From positions 1 through 64,000 of the forward strand of contig CAUYUJ010000121.1 in the NCBI GenBank assembly GCA_963575745.1: a DNA stretch of 64,000 nt, given 5' to 3'. Below, piece by piece: positions 24,826 to 37,959 of this stretch. Position 1 is the first letter of the stretch; each line of letters opens with the position of its first letter. Source of the stretch: Prorocentrum cordatum (Eukaryota). A program made the position numbers and the translations under genes. The notes below the pieces were generated by a model. That model ran no database searches and was not told the origin of the DNA. It saw nothing but the letters and a program-made list of their open reading frames with translations.

Positions 24826-26646
24826 GATGGAAGGCCCCGTGCCCCCCACCCTCCCTCTGCCTCTTGTGTTACGCTGGGCGCACTCGAGTGCCATGGCTGT
24901 AGCGCCCGTGTCGAGGCAGATTATGAGTGCCGACTCGGGCCTCCTTGTGCTCCTCCTCCTCCTCGTAGGCATGCCATGGGGGCGAAGCTTCACCCGCAGC
25001 GTCAGAGCGCCCGTGCACGGGCATGCCTCCTCCTGCTCCTCCTCCTCCTCGTCCTCGTCCTCGTCGTCTCCTTGTGCTTCTCGTCCTCCTCCTCCTCCTC
25101 CTCCTCTTCATCCTCCTCGTCCTCGTCCTCGTCGTCCCCTTGTGCTTCTCGTCCTCCTCCTTCTCCTCCTCCTCCTCCTCGTCCTCGTCCTCGTCGTCTC
25201 CTTGTGCTTCTCGTCTTCCTCCTCCTCCTCCTCCTCCTCCTCCTCCTCCTCCTCCTCCTCCCCCTCCTCATCCTGGAGGGTGGAGCGCTGCGCGCCGCGG
25301 CCGACCGCCCTCCTGATGTGACTTGACCTCGGCCTTCGCAGGCGTTGATCGAAGAGGGGCGGCTTTCTATTGTTAAGTCGGGCGCGTCCCCCTACAGGGA
25401 GATTTTCGACGAAAAACAGAAAAGACTCAAAAAATACCCAAGAGATGCCCAAACATGCTCAAACATAGTCCCCTGACTATTGTTTAACTATTTTTGAATA
25501 TTGCCCTGTAGAGGGACAGGCCCGACTTAATCCTGGAGCTCCTGGGAGCCTCTGTGCAGAAGAGGAAAAGACGGCATGAGCATAAACCGTTGGCGCTCTG
25601 TGCGGACTTCTTGGATCTGCGCTGGACCCGCCTCCCTGGGGCGCGGTGCGCGCCAGGGGCGGCGCCGGAGGCGGCGCCGGGGGCCCCTGGCGCGGATCCA
25701 AAAAATTCGCGCGGAGCGCCAAAAGTTTATGTTTGTGGCGTTTTCTCTTTTTGCGATCTGTGGACATACCACACCCTCCTGGCGCTCCTCATCCTTCCCT
25801 TCCTCTTCCTCCTCGAGGGTGGAATTCTGCTCGTCGCCAGGTGGGCGTCCACAAGTAGCCTCGCGACCGACGCACGACAAGTGAGCTTGCACGCCTCAGC
25901 GGGGGTCCGCTGATAAGGCTCGCTACAGCCTCGGCCAAAGCTCTCCTGCCGGCCCCCTCCTACTATACACGATGCGCCGCCATGAGCGCCGAACACGCCT
26001 GGCCAAGAACGTAGAAAAGAACGGTGACAGCACACAAAGTAAAATGCGAAAGCGATCCTTTGGGGGACGGCTGGAGCAAGACTAATGGAGGCTGGCGGGT
26101 CCTCTCCTGATCTCCCCCATAGCTCATTGCCGACGGAGAGCATGTGCAACACTTGTTCTAATATGCCAAACTCGCGCGCTCTTGTGATTATTCGCTTTCG
26201 CCACCTGCGCGCAGACACCCAGTCAAGCGTCAACTGCGTGTGGAATGAAGGGCGCCTCTGGCTCTGCTTTTAGCCACCCGCGCTCGCGCGATTATGCACG
26301 CAGCACCATCTGGGCAAGCACTGTGGGCATGACGAGCAGTCTGGGTGTGCAACCGCCACAGGGGGGGGAGAGGGGGGCGGCGCAGAGAGAGCCCGGAGGA
26401 GGAGCTTTCCAGATGGAGGGCCTCGAGGAACGGGGGACAGGGAGAACGCGCCTTCAAATCCCGCATGAGACCACGCTCGAGCCCGTCCTGGACGCCCTGT
26501 GTAAAGCTTCCCCCCCCCTCTCTGCATCCCGTCTCGTGGACGTGCCCGTGGGCTCCACCCATCCGAACTCATCCGAAGCATCCAAAGTGGCCCCTGGGAC
26601 GCTAGCACACCTGGGCGTGGCACGCGAGCGGGGAGCACGTCGTCGC

Positions 26647-26710
26647 CATTTTCATCAGCCGTGAGGCAGAGTCGTGGTCAAACTTCACGAGGCCACCCAG
26701 CTTCATCGTC
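26647..26710 (-). CDS. Exon 9: (R)TMKLGGLVKFDHDSASRLMKM
   Basis: Acceptor ttgctgag|G, donor ATG|GC, 64 nt, phase 2-0. Confidence 0.7.
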
Positions 26711-27699
26711 CTCAGCAAACCGGGGGGGGAGGTGGAGGACGGCGATGACTTGACACTCGATGCGCCACTATACGGTTCGCATGGTGACGGCGCGAGCGGA
26801 GGCAGCCAGCGCGGGTGCAACGATTGGCAGTACACCTGCATGTCCCACGTCAGCGGATCAGGTTCGAATAACTGGAAGCAGCTCCTTCGAATGAGCGAGT
26901 GCCTCTGAAGCGAGCACCCAGACTCGAGGCTGATGGTTTGGCATGTTGCACTCCGCTTTGAAAGGATGACCGCGCCGACGGCCGGTACAGGGCGCCCCAG
27001 CGTACCATCACCACCCTATAATATCTGCCACAAACAAGAAGCGAATCACCAGAGATGGACAGGGGTGATTCGACTACGAATGGTCGCCTTCACGAAGAGC
27101 AGACGCGGTTCAAAACGCAACCAACACCACCCAGTGCAAACGCATACGAGCCCAGATGGAGTACGATTGCATATTTGTACACACACGAATATACCTCAAC
27201 GACACACTAGGGCACCAAGTAGCCTGGACCACACGGGGCCACGGTGTCGCGAGCATAACAATATGAGTACCGAGAGCCCCAGGGCCAAAGCAGTGAACCG
27301 GCGTGCATGATCACTTGAAAGCTCACCTGCTCTCCCAAAATTTCTCGGCTGCCCCGATACGCAACACGCAACTCGTGGCGTGTTGTCACGGAGCTCAACT
27401 CGTAGTCTGAACACGTAAGTCTGGCGCGATACGTTCGCCCAAATGTGTACCCACACGTTGAACCAACACGCAACGTGTTGATACGGACATTTTGAACACG
27501 GTACGTGTTGCGTTAAGAACGGAACACAACGGTTCATACAACAAAGCGGCCAGCTCTCGTTGTCTCAAGAGCAGCATGCAATCCCAAGCCGAATGCCCCA
27601 TGATGGTACTGCTAACTGACCACGGTGCGAACCAATCGTGCACACCTGAGCACACAAGCACCCAACTGCAGGCCAGGGCGGGACAAAAAAGCAGGGAGG

Positions 27700-28575
27700 C
27701 ACATGCGGAACCAAAGGCTCATCTGGAGCCAACGTGAATGCTTTCAACTGCTCCTGGGCCAATCGCGCATTGCTTTTGAATTTTCAGGGGCCGATCTGTC
27801 GCTGGGAAGTCCACTCCTCGTTTTGGGTGGGCAATTTCTTCACAACGATGTCAGACTGTTCCAGGCAGGCCCGCATCCATCGTTTCGACTCTGGTCACTG
27901 AGCCGCGAGGCCCCACGTCTCCACCACGACGATGCTCGAGAGGTGGCCCAGAGCTAGCATAACTTTAAACGAAACGCGCGCTGTCAACGCACTGCGCAGT
28001 GACTAGTGACATACGAGGTCTTGGCCAACAGAAGCTGAAAGGTCTCGTTCAGCCGAAAAGCTGGGAGCATCCCGCGACTAAGACCCCCCGCAGTGAGGCC
28101 GTCGGCATTTCCGAAGCGACGTAGCGCGACGAGACGACGTGTCCCGAATCATTGTGCAACGACATCGGCTGAATTTACTAACAGTCAAGTCCTATCTATT
28201 CAAGCTTTCTGCTTGAATGCATCCACGAACCGTCGTCATCATGGCATCCGCCAAGTCACAACGACAGTGCCATATCCTCATCACCCCTCAGTTGACAACA
28301 AAGTAGCATCGCATCTCCAGCTGATAAACGAACAAGTTAGGTTCAATGACCCCTTGGGTACCGATTTGATTGCACGCTCGATGGGGCCAGCGAAGAGGGA
28401 GCTACTGCGAACGCCAAACCGTGGATACACCGCACCCAGCCGCGTCGTCAGCCTGCTGTTTGAAGATAGCACAGTGATGGGTCAGACGCGCGCCACGAAG
28501 GACAAACGCCACAAGGACTGTATAGCCGTCTGCACCTTGAAAGCCATCGCCAGCACACATAATCTTCCCCAACCC
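27700..28575 (-). pseudogene. Highly degenerate LINE RT remnant
   Basis: LCVLAMAFKVQTA, FGVRSSSLFAGPIE, SFISWRCDATLL (WADD-like), then ALGHLS...RWMRACLE (RTE-like C-terminus); many stops. Confidence 0.4.
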
Positions 28576-29574
28576 CCTGGGTAGCACGCACGACTGCCGA
28601 TGACCACGGCGCGCTCCGGAGCAATTCGGGGATCTACTGACCCCGGTCAACCCCAATCTGGGTCAGTCAGGCTTTGCAGGATCCTGCAGGATCCTGCAAG
28701 ATCCTGCTCCCAAACCCGGGTCAGCGCGCTCCTGGCTCTGCAGGATCCTGCAAGATCCAGCGCTGTGACTGACCCCCGTTTGCATTCACCCCCCTCTCTT
28801 GAGCCCCGACCTTGGTAGAATGCTCGATTTACTGGTGACCACGGCGCGCTCTGGAGCGCTTCCACCCAGCAACTGCCCGGTCCTCTTGAGGGTTTCCCGA
28901 ACCGCGCCTTCGTGGCGCAGACTCCGATGGTCGAGCATGGCTCGGCGCGAGGGGCACAAAACCAAAGAAACTCCCCAGGCTAGGTTCAATTCCCCCAAAC
29001 TAGGGATCGACCTAAACCGCGCTTTTCACTTCCGTTGTGTTTTCGAGTCCCTCGTTTTGTCATCGTTTCGCCTTTACTGGAAAACACAATCAAAACGAAA
29101 ACGAATCACGAAATCGCCCAAATATCGTTTAGGTCGAGCCCTGCCCAAAACGAGGGTCTGACGAGCTGCACTTCGACCGCAGTCTCCCCCGCGCGTGCCA
29201 ACTTTGAGTTCGGGGGAGCGGGGGAATGTCCACTCATTGTTTCCCCCTACCGTCGGGTAGGACGTGTGTAGCAAAGGGTGCTGGAACCCATGTCCCATCA
29301 TGTGTTCACCATCGACCAAAACAACGGAGAGCTTGCAGCAATTACAGAACATAATTTCCGGAGAGACCAATCGATGACAAGACACATTCTCACGGAATGA
29401 AATGATCAGGTCACCAGAGCGAGTTGAACTGGCCCGTAAGGATCGAAATCTTAACTACTTTGGGTTCAACTACAACAAATGTAAACCAGCGTAGGCCCCA
29501 AATAGTGATGTCTTGCAACCAATGCGGCAGTGTAGGTAGTGCAATCCCTGTGTTGAAGTCTATGTAATACAAAG

Positions 29575-29978
29575 CAGCGCAAGCCAATGCCAGGCAATGC
29601 CAGGCAATGAAAGGCAGTGCACAACACTTTAAAACAACGCATTGCAAAATAACGGAATGCAATGCAACCAATGCAACACATATGCAAACCAATGCGAAGC
29701 ATGCAAATCAAAGCAACGAAAACAAATGAAAAGGATTACAATGCAAAGCAATGCAAAGCCGCCCAAGACAATGCAACGAAATGAAAAGCACTGCAAAGCA
29801 TTGCAAAGCAACGCAAAACCATTCAAAGCAATGCAATGCAAAGCAACAGAAAGCAATGCAAAGCAACGCAAAGCAACGCAACACAATGCAAAACAAAGCG
29901 AAGCAATGCAAAGCAATGCAAAGCAATGTAAAGCAATGCAAAGCGATGCAAAGCCATGCAAAGCAATGTAATGCAAAA
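29575..29978. repeat. Degenerate (GCAAA/GCAAT) pentamer repeat
   Basis: AAAGCAATGC-like units. Confidence 0.9.
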
Positions 29979-30204
29979 CAGCGCGGCGACGGCCAGAGAC
30001 GAGCTGGCGGGAACGTCACTGAGGCCTGGCGGCGACGAGCGGCGACGGGCGGCGACGAGCCGGCGGAACGACACCGGGGCCCAATTACCTCAGAACACAA
30101 GTGAGAAATCCGTAAGTGCAAGCTCTGTTTGGGGAATAAACGAGGATGCCCAAGACGACACATGTAGAGCCACGTCAAACAATAGGCTCTTGCGGGCGCC
30201 TGTC

Positions 30205-30322
30205 CTCTTCGTCCCCTCGGAGCCCCACTGCGGCATCGAGTGGCGCACATCGTCGTTGGCCTCCAGGGCGCGCAGCACGGCCAGCTGCGGCGACGGGGAG
30301 TTGGACTTGCTCGCCATCATGA
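30205..30322 (-). CDS. Exon 8: (V)MMASKSNSPSPQLAVLRALEANDDVRHSMPQWGSEGTK(R)
   Basis: Acceptor ttttcccag|TC (phase 1). GA donor AAGAG|GA gives the phase needed to join exon 9. 118 nt, phase 1-2. Confidence 0.8.
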
Positions 30323-31495
30323 CTGGGAAAATCTGATTTCTTTATTCGGCCCGAGCCAACATGCGTCCAAAGTTATTTGCCATTCTTCTGCGCGCACGTA
30401 GGCGCATGCGTGCGTGCACGAACCAGCGCTTCGGCGTAAGCATAAGCGTGGATCTAGTCATGTCCATGTGCACCAACGTATGCCGATACGATGGTGTAGT
30501 TATGCATGCGAGATCGCATATGTGCATGCATACAAAAATACAACGGTTGTAATGTATTCGTGAGGACACGTGTATGTCAGTTTGCTCTGCTCGGACAACC
30601 TTTGCCAACCCCCGCGTTTAGATATGACAAACATCGTCTGCTTCATTACGTCGGTGCCCAACACGTTCAAATGTTGTCTTGCCTGCACATCTACGACCGT
30701 ACAAACAGCGTCTATACATGTACATGTGCACATCATTTGCGTGACAAATGCGCGTACGTGTTTACTTGAACGCTTGTCCGTGAACGGGTAAATGTGAGAA
30801 GATGCATGCGTGCCTGCGTAGCCGCATGAATGTGGCTGCCTGAATAATCGTCTGCGCTCGGATGTTTACAATTTGTTCTGGCCGCTCGACCGACCCGCAG
30901 ACTCGCCGGGTCCGCGACAGACAAATATCTGCAATCATGTCGGCACGTCTCTGCCAAGTTCGCCGACCCCTGGGGAAGTCATCGGCGTATGACATGTTCC
31001 CATCCCCCTCCCTCATCCCCCTCCTCGGGGCCTAGTTTTGAGAGATAGGATGGGGATAGTATGGACCTTGCTGGACACATTGACAGCTGGGGTCCACTGC
31101 CAAACCAAAAGCATCGTTCGGATGACTTCGGGCACAATGGGCCCCACTTTCCTGAGCGCACTCGGGCACTGCTTGCACTCCTCCCTGCTGCCGGTCAGCC
31201 CCGCTGTCAAAGAAGAGGCCCCTCTGCTTGAAGCCCCCCCTGCTGATAGTCAGCCCCGGCTGTCCATTATCCCGCCGAGTTCGCGCCGAAACGCACCCAG
31301 TGGGGCCCGAAAATCATCCCTCTGGCCGCCCCCCCTCCCCCTTGCTGACAGTCAACCCCACTGCAATAGTTCCCTCCGAGGGCGCAACGGAAGTGTTCAT
31401 GCTTCGCAGACCCCTGACGTTGTGATTTTTTCACAGCGCGAGGGGGTCTGGCCTGACAGTGTGGCGAACTGTCGAGCGACCCTCACGCGCGTGGA

Positions 31496-31645
31496 CCAAG
31501 GCTGACCCTAAACGGTGCTTTTCGCTCTCGTTTTGTTTTCGTTCTCCCTCGCTTTTGCCTCGAAGCCGCCTCCACTGCAAAACGAAGTCGAAACGAAAAC
31601 GGCCCCAAAAAATAGCCAAAAACACCGCTTGGGTCCAGCCGTGGC
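31496..31645. mobile_element. TIR element, family M; related copies 29003-29142, 54547-54692
   Basis: CCAAGGCTGACCCTAAACGGTG...CACCGCTTGGGTCCAGCCGTGG; T-rich left half mirrored by A-rich right half. Confidence 0.65.
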
Positions 31646-33194
31646 GTGGACCGCCCGGCGGCCCTCGGCCCCGCGCTGTCAGCAGTGCGCCCCGGCGGCG
31701 CACGGGCTGGCAGGCCGGGCCCGCCGTCGTCGAGGGCACCCCATGCGCCTGGACGGACGAGAAGCCCGGCGATCAAAGTGCGAAGTAAGTTCGTCGCGCC
31801 TCGCGCCTCGCGGTCTGTGCGATTTCAGAGCGAGGCGCGAGTCCCTCATCCTGCTCTAGGCGGGGAGGGGCGCGGCGCGAAAGCGCGAAGATGATCGCGA
31901 AGCGCGAAGATGCTTGGGACCACGCTGGCTGCGAAGGGAGGATCTTGGGACCGTGTTTGGGACCACGCTGGCTGCCAGGAGGACCGAGGAAAATCGATGA
32001 GAACGGGGGATGGGAGGGGCGAGGCTGGGCGGCGAGCGTGTGGGGTGGAGGCGAGCGAGGGACGGGCCTTCGCAGAGGGCTCGGAAGGCCCTGGGCCTTC
32101 TGAGAAAGTCTCTAAAAGCCTTCCTCGAAGACGCCCCAAAATAATCTCGCAGGGAGAGAGGGCTTCTGAGAAGCCCCGCCACCTTCTGAGAAGGCCTTCT
32201 CCTTGTCACTCCCCCCCTCGACGCCGAATCATGTATTTTGGAGCGGTCCTGGGTTTCCTTGGCGCCTTGTTTGGGCATGTGCGGCCCTCTTGGAATCCAG
32301 GTGGAGCTTTCTTGTGGACGTGTTGGTGACGATCTCAGACTAATAACGAACGCACAAGACCCTCTCTGTGTTGGCCGGTGGCCTCTAGAGCCCCCTCCGA
32401 AGTCTCCACCCTGGGGTCATATTTGGCTGAAGCGTGAGGAACATGTACACACAATTGGAATCGTTTTAGGCCTCCAGGACATATCTTCTTATCCGCTCTC
32501 CTCCCCTTCATATACTTACTTGGAAATGCATACAGACACCTGTATGTGTACACGTGTATGTGTACACATGTATGTCGATGTACGTCTGGGAATACATGTA
32601 TGTGCGCACGTACCTCGTTCATAGATATAACCATACACCACCACGCTGCCTCTTCAGGTATATGGATGCTGCTTGTTCTCGCACATATATGTATATACAT
32701 ACCAGCTGCACGCGAACTTGCACAAACGCCTAACCACCTGCACGTATTACAATTTATATGTACAGTTGTACATATATGCGTAAACGGAGTTGTTCACACC
32801 TACGTACACATACATGAAGTTGAATGAGCTTACACCACGCATCTCCACTAGAAGCACACATGGGCATGCACACATGCAGCTGATCGAAACCATGTCCCCC
32901 CACCTGCGCATATGTATACGTGTTCATACATATGTGTATGGGCGTTCGCTCTCTCACTCTCTTTGTCCATACCTTATTTAACGTTAAGTTACAGGTGGCC
33001 GTACCTCAACTTCTCGCGCGCTCTTTCACGGTCTCTCTCTCTCTCTCTCTCTATATATATAGATATATGTTTTTCTCTCTCGCCCTCCCCATTCTTACAT
33101 GTACTGCACGTGCTGGCAGTATGGCTTTACGCCACCGTGCTGCGGGCAATGAATCGCATGCCCTCATGTCCGTCAGTGTCCTCCGTGTCGAATC

Positions 33195-34545
33195 CGCCAC
33201 CGCGCCCTTGGGCACGGAGTGGGCGTGTCCTCAGGTAAAGGGTGAAAAGAGGTAGGCGTTCTGGTGGCCTTGCCTCTGCCGGCGCGCCAATGACGCGCAG
33301 CCCAAATTAGTTAATTAATGAAGCCGGAAAAAATTAATTAGTGAAGCCCAAATTAGCTAATTAGTTAAATTAGTTAATTAATGGCGTGTCCTCAGGTCCC
33401 CTGCTGTGCTCTGCAGCTCGCCGGAGGAAGCTTCGGAGGGCAGGGGCCCCCAGTTGCCGAATCGTCTTGGGCTTCGTGCGTGCCCCCCTTGTGGGTTTGG
33501 GCACCTCCACGCCGGACTCGTTGGGGCCCGGGAGGGCCCCGAGACGGGCGAAAAAAGAGCCGCACGAAACCCCTTCGGATGGTCAAGGAGGGCCTCGAGG
33601 CGCATTGAGGATCGCTCCAAGACGCCCCAGACGGCCCGAAGATGGCCCAAGAGGCCTCCAAGACGCTCCGAGGGGCCCCCCAGAGGCCCCCCCAAGATCG
33701 CCCCGAGAAGGCCCCCAAGACGGCCCAAGAGACCCCAACGCCCCTGGACGGGCCCAAGAGGGGGCCCAGAGGGGAAACAACAAACAAGCATTTCGAGCCT
33801 TCGGCCCCAAGACGCTCCTAGGCGGCCCCCAATAGGCCCAAGAACTGCCTCTAGGACGCCCCAGAGAGGCCTCCCACGAGACCCCATCAGCCATCCCAGC
33901 GGCCTCTAACCCGCTATCCCGGCACGGTGGCGGGATGGGCCGAAGGCCAGTAAACATAGAACACTTCCAAGGGCCCGCAGCACCAAATTCCAGGCGCTCT
34001 TGGGCGATCTCGGGGCTTGTCGCAAGAGCCTTGTGGCTTCCCGCAGGACTTCCATTGAAGCCGGAGGGTCCCAAGACCGCCCAACAGGGTGCCAAGAGGT
34101 CGTTAAGTCGGTCCAGAGGGCCCCCAAGACGGCCCCAGGTGGCAACAAGATGCTCACAGGATGCCCCAAAGGCCCAAGAGGCCCCAAGAGGTCCGCAAGA
34201 GGCCCACGGAGGGCCCCAAGAGGCCCCCAATGGGCTCCCAGGAAGCCCCCAAGAGGCCCCAAAGCTGCCGCCAAGACGCCCCCGAGAGGCCTCCCGCCAT
34301 CCCAGCGGCCTCTCACCTCTCACCCGTAATCCAGGCACGGTGGCGGAATGGGCCGAAGACTATTATAGAATACTTTCAGGACGCAGCACCCAGTCCCAGG
34401 CTCTCTTGGACGATCTCGGGCTTGCTGCAAGAGCCTTGGGGCTTCCCGCAGGACTCTCACTGAGGCCAGAGGGCCCCAAGACGGGCCAGGAGGGTATCAA
34501 GAGGCCCTCAAGACGGTCCAGAGGCCCCCAAGACGGCCCAAGTGC
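33195..34545 (+). repeat. CCCAAGA/GGCCC-rich complex repeat family J; also 16430-17110 and 17975-18745
   Basis: Degenerate GGCCCCAAGA / GGCCTCCAAGA units. Shared leader GGGCACGGAGTG.GC.TGTCCTCAGGT and shared end GAGGCCTCCC...ATCCCAGCG. Confidence 0.75.
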
Positions 34546-35115
34546 GCCTGGACGCCTTGCCTCTCCGTGTTCCCTATTTCACGCTGCCACGCTCGTCAGT
34601 TGCTTCCGGCCGCCGGACCCCTCGCGAGTCGCTGCCGATTGGGCCCAACGCGCCCTTCCAACATATCGATCGTTACCGCTCCCGTTTCCGCTGCCTCCCA
34701 TTATCCCATCGCTGCACCCCCCCCCCAGGTTGAGAGGCAACGTTAGGGGGGACTAGGGGTGGAAGCATCGACCCGGAATCGGCGACACATCGCCGCTAGA
34801 TAGGAGATGAACCCTCGATAGCTAATCCGCACATTCCTGGGCGGGGTGGGCCATCGGGCCCCTCTTGGCGATGAACGGGCGATTGGGGGTCGATGCGTTC
34901 CCCTTTGAGCCTGTCCCGGGAAAGGGGACCGTTGTCGCTAACACGTGCTCCTCCCCTGGACTGCCCACTTTGCCCCTGGCACGAAAGCCGGATCCTCGAA
35001 GCAGCGCCGAGGCGAGCAAAGGAGTCTCGTCCCCGCGGACAAGGTTCACGTGGATGGTGCCTCGGCGCAGAGGAGGGGCTTGTGGTTCTCCTCCTCCCCC
35101 TCCTCATCCTCCTTC

Positions 35116-35137
35116 TCCGTAGCCATTTTGGCTCAAG
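35116..35137 (+). other. Complete dinoflagellate spliced leader (DinoSL) at the 5' end of a retroposed LINE
   Basis: TCCGTAGCCATTTTGGCTCAAG matches DCCGTAGCCATTTTGGCTCAAG 22/22. Followed by ATG rather than a GT donor, so it is not an SL RNA gene. Confidence 0.95.
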
Positions 35138-35289
35138 ATGCCTTCGTCCCTCGGACAGAACGTGGATACCTCTAGTCCAAGGCCAGCTTCCGCTTGAGGC
35201 AACCCCAGTCGAGCTGCGCACTGCTGGGGCCAAGAGTTTCAGTCCACCGACCGCCAGCGCTTGTCGGACTCCCGCTTCCACGAGTCACC

Positions 35290-36470
35290 ATGGGGTATGC
35301 GAGTGGCAGGGCGAAACAGCTATTCACGGTGTGTGCATGTGGACAGTGGGCGTTCAACTTCAGGCTGGACCGAAACAACTGCAAGTGCATCAAGTGCGGT
35401 GTGAAGCTGCAGCCGTACCAGAAGGGCCGTGCGGGCACTGCGGGCGGCGAGGAGCATCAGCCTGCCAAGCCCCCGTGGCGCGAGGCCAAGGCCCGCCGCT
35501 GGGGCAGCGGCAACGGCAAGGGCAGCAGCGACAGCTACACCGAGCAGCAGGAGGCAGAGAATCGCAAGAAGGCGCTCGAGATGCTCACCTCCATCCTTCC
35601 GAACGACGCCATCGAGCTGGCCAAGAAGAACCTCGCTGCCAAGAGGGTCCCCGAGACCAAGACGAAGACCCCCACGCAGCAGGTCCAATCCACGGCCCGC
35701 ATCCTCGAACTCAAGACAGCGTCGTTCCAGAAGGCAGCGGACACCCTCGTCAAGGCGGAGGAGGTCGCGAAGCAGGCCGAGGAGGCCCATCTCCACGCTG
35801 GCCAAGAGATGCTCAAGGCGAAGCAGGACCACGCCCTGGCGGTCCAGACGCTCTCCACCACGACTGCAGACCGCGGGCAGGCAGAGAACGCCACCACCAG
35901 TGACGGCAAGAATGTCATCTTCGCCTTCGATATGTCCCTCCTCAAACAGGACCTCGACAAGCTCGACGACGAGGAGAGGAAGGAGCTCGAGGCCCACTGC
36001 GCCACTCTCGACGCCTACCACCAGGTCATGGCCGCGGAGGACGCCAAGGCCAGGGAGCTGTGGGCCAAGATTGAGAAGATCAGGGACAAGCCGCCCAAGA
36101 GGGCGAGGGTGGACTCTCCACACCCAGCGGACCCGTCCCAGGGCGCCGAGGATACGGTCATGGAGGCCCCTGCCGCGGAGGACCGGGAGGTCCCAGGCCT
36201 GCACGACCCCGATCCCGACATGCTCGCAGCGACCCTCCAGGAGTCCATCGACGCTGCCCGCAGCCGCCTCCCCCCGTGGCCCTCGAAGTCGGCACAGGCA
36301 GCCTCCATCCCTGGCTCTGAGGCAGCGGCTGCTCCTGCTGCTCCCACTGCACCTGCGTCCCAACATGGCGGCAGCAGCGGCTCCTCCCCAGCAGCGGGCC
36401 AACCTGGCGCCCCGCGGGAGTCTTCCCAACGAGACAGACCCCCCCGCCGGCGTATGGGCCCAGACTGCAG
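35290..36470 (+). CDS. LINE ORF1-like protein (N-terminal Cys cluster, coiled-coil-like region)
   Basis: MGYASGRAKQLFTVCACGQW...CKCIKCG, then an Ala/Glu/Lys-rich helical region with strong GC3 bias. Frame stays open to 36825; true end uncertain and overlaps ORF2. Confidence 0.7.
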
Positions 36471-37170
36471 ATGCCCTCAGACAGGAGGCAGGCAGCAACC
36501 ACAAGGCCGCAAGGCCAAGAACCAAGGACGCAACGGCCTTGTTCGCGAACATCACCGAGCGGGGCAAGCAGGCCAGAGGGTTCATGAGGGCGCAGGCGGA
36601 CCAGTACGACATCGCCGGCATGGTGGAGTCCCACGCGAACGAGGAGGCAGTCGACAAGGCGCGCGCGGACCTGTCACGAGACGGCTGGAAGCTTGCGGCG
36701 ACGGCTGCGCGGCCCACTGGACGATCAGCGGCAGGAGCGACGGGAGGAGAATGGATCCTCGCCAAGAAGCAGATCCAGACCACATCTTTCGAGGCCTGGA
36801 GGGAAGCATCCAGAAATGCATCTAGACAAGACCCATTCGCTGGATTCTGCCCCACGTCGTGCTAGCACCTCAGGTCGGGCAACCTTATCGTCATCAGCGC
36901 CTATCTCCAGCCGCAGTTCGGCTTCAGAGACGCCGACCAGCAGGCCCTCGGCAGGCTCGCAGCCTTCCTCTGTCAGCCGAGGGACCCACGGGTCATCCTG
37001 GGCGACTGGAGCGTCGCGCTCGAGGAGTGGGACAAGACTCAGAGGCTCACCAGGCTCGAAGTGGAGAGACTCACGGCGGATAACTGCACAGCCACGTGCA
37101 ATAGAGGAGCAGGCAGCGTCATCGATTATGCCATTGTCGCCAAGGGAACGGCGGCCAGCATGAGGTTGTA
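36365..37170 (+). pseudogene. LINE ORF2 apurinic-like endonuclease (APE) domain, disrupted
   Basis: Motifs FANIT, MVESH, GATGGEWIL, ISAYL, ILGDWS (GDWN-like), VIDYAI. In-frame stops at 36863-36865 and about 37168; final SDH motif not found. Confidence 0.85.
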
Positions 37171-37959
37171 GGCCTGAAGCTCACGATAGCCGACGACAAG
37201 CAGCACTGGTGGCACCGCAAGCTCGACATTTCGCACGTGCACCCGACAGTCCCCAGGCCCAAGGAGACGGCGGACCCCAACAGCAGGCGGCAGAAGGCCA
37301 TGTAGAAAGCCAGAGACGAGAGAAGAGCGAGGCTGCAGGAAGGCCCCCAGGAAGACTTCGACGAGATCCACGACGAGGTGGACAAGCCTGTGGATGCAAC
37401 GTCTGCGCCGACCACCGCCTTCCACATCCCAGCCGAGCTGCGGTCAGCGGCGCGCGAGATGCTACGACGCACGGGGAGGACCCGCGAGGCGCAGAGCTGC
37501 AGCAGCAAGACCGCCAATCCGATGCAGAAGGCCGACGACACACTGACGAGGGGAGCGACTTCGGCCACTGGAAGGATGCCGCGTAGAGGCTCCAAGACCT
37601 CCCAGACGACGACGTGGCCCCCATCATCCTGATCGCGGCACGGTACCAGTCGAGGGCCGTCGCCCTGGCGCTCGCCAAGTCCAGGAAGTCGTTCTGGAGC
37701 TGGGCCCTGGAGATGTGGAAGGACGCTCGGCGGCACCTCCACAACATGGCCAGGCCGCCCAGGCCAGAGACCACAGAGAAGCAGCAGGAGTGGCGCACAG
37801 TGGCGGCCCCCGACCAGCTCATGCGCGGCAGGGCGGACGAGCGGGAGAGGCGCTGGGCCGACGACAGCGTCGCCCGGGAGCAGCTCCAGGATGGCATCCA
37901 CATGGTCATGGGCCGCGCGCGGCAGGAGCCCCTCGCCCCGCTGGCGCTCAGCCAGCTGT

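Noticed and set aside
35116..35180. SL RNA gene
   Set aside because: The SL is followed by ATG, not the GT donor of an SL RNA intron, and leads straight into a LINE.
35320..36855. 511-aa minus-strand ORF
   Set aside because: Antisense shadow of the GC3-rich LINE ORF1/APE.
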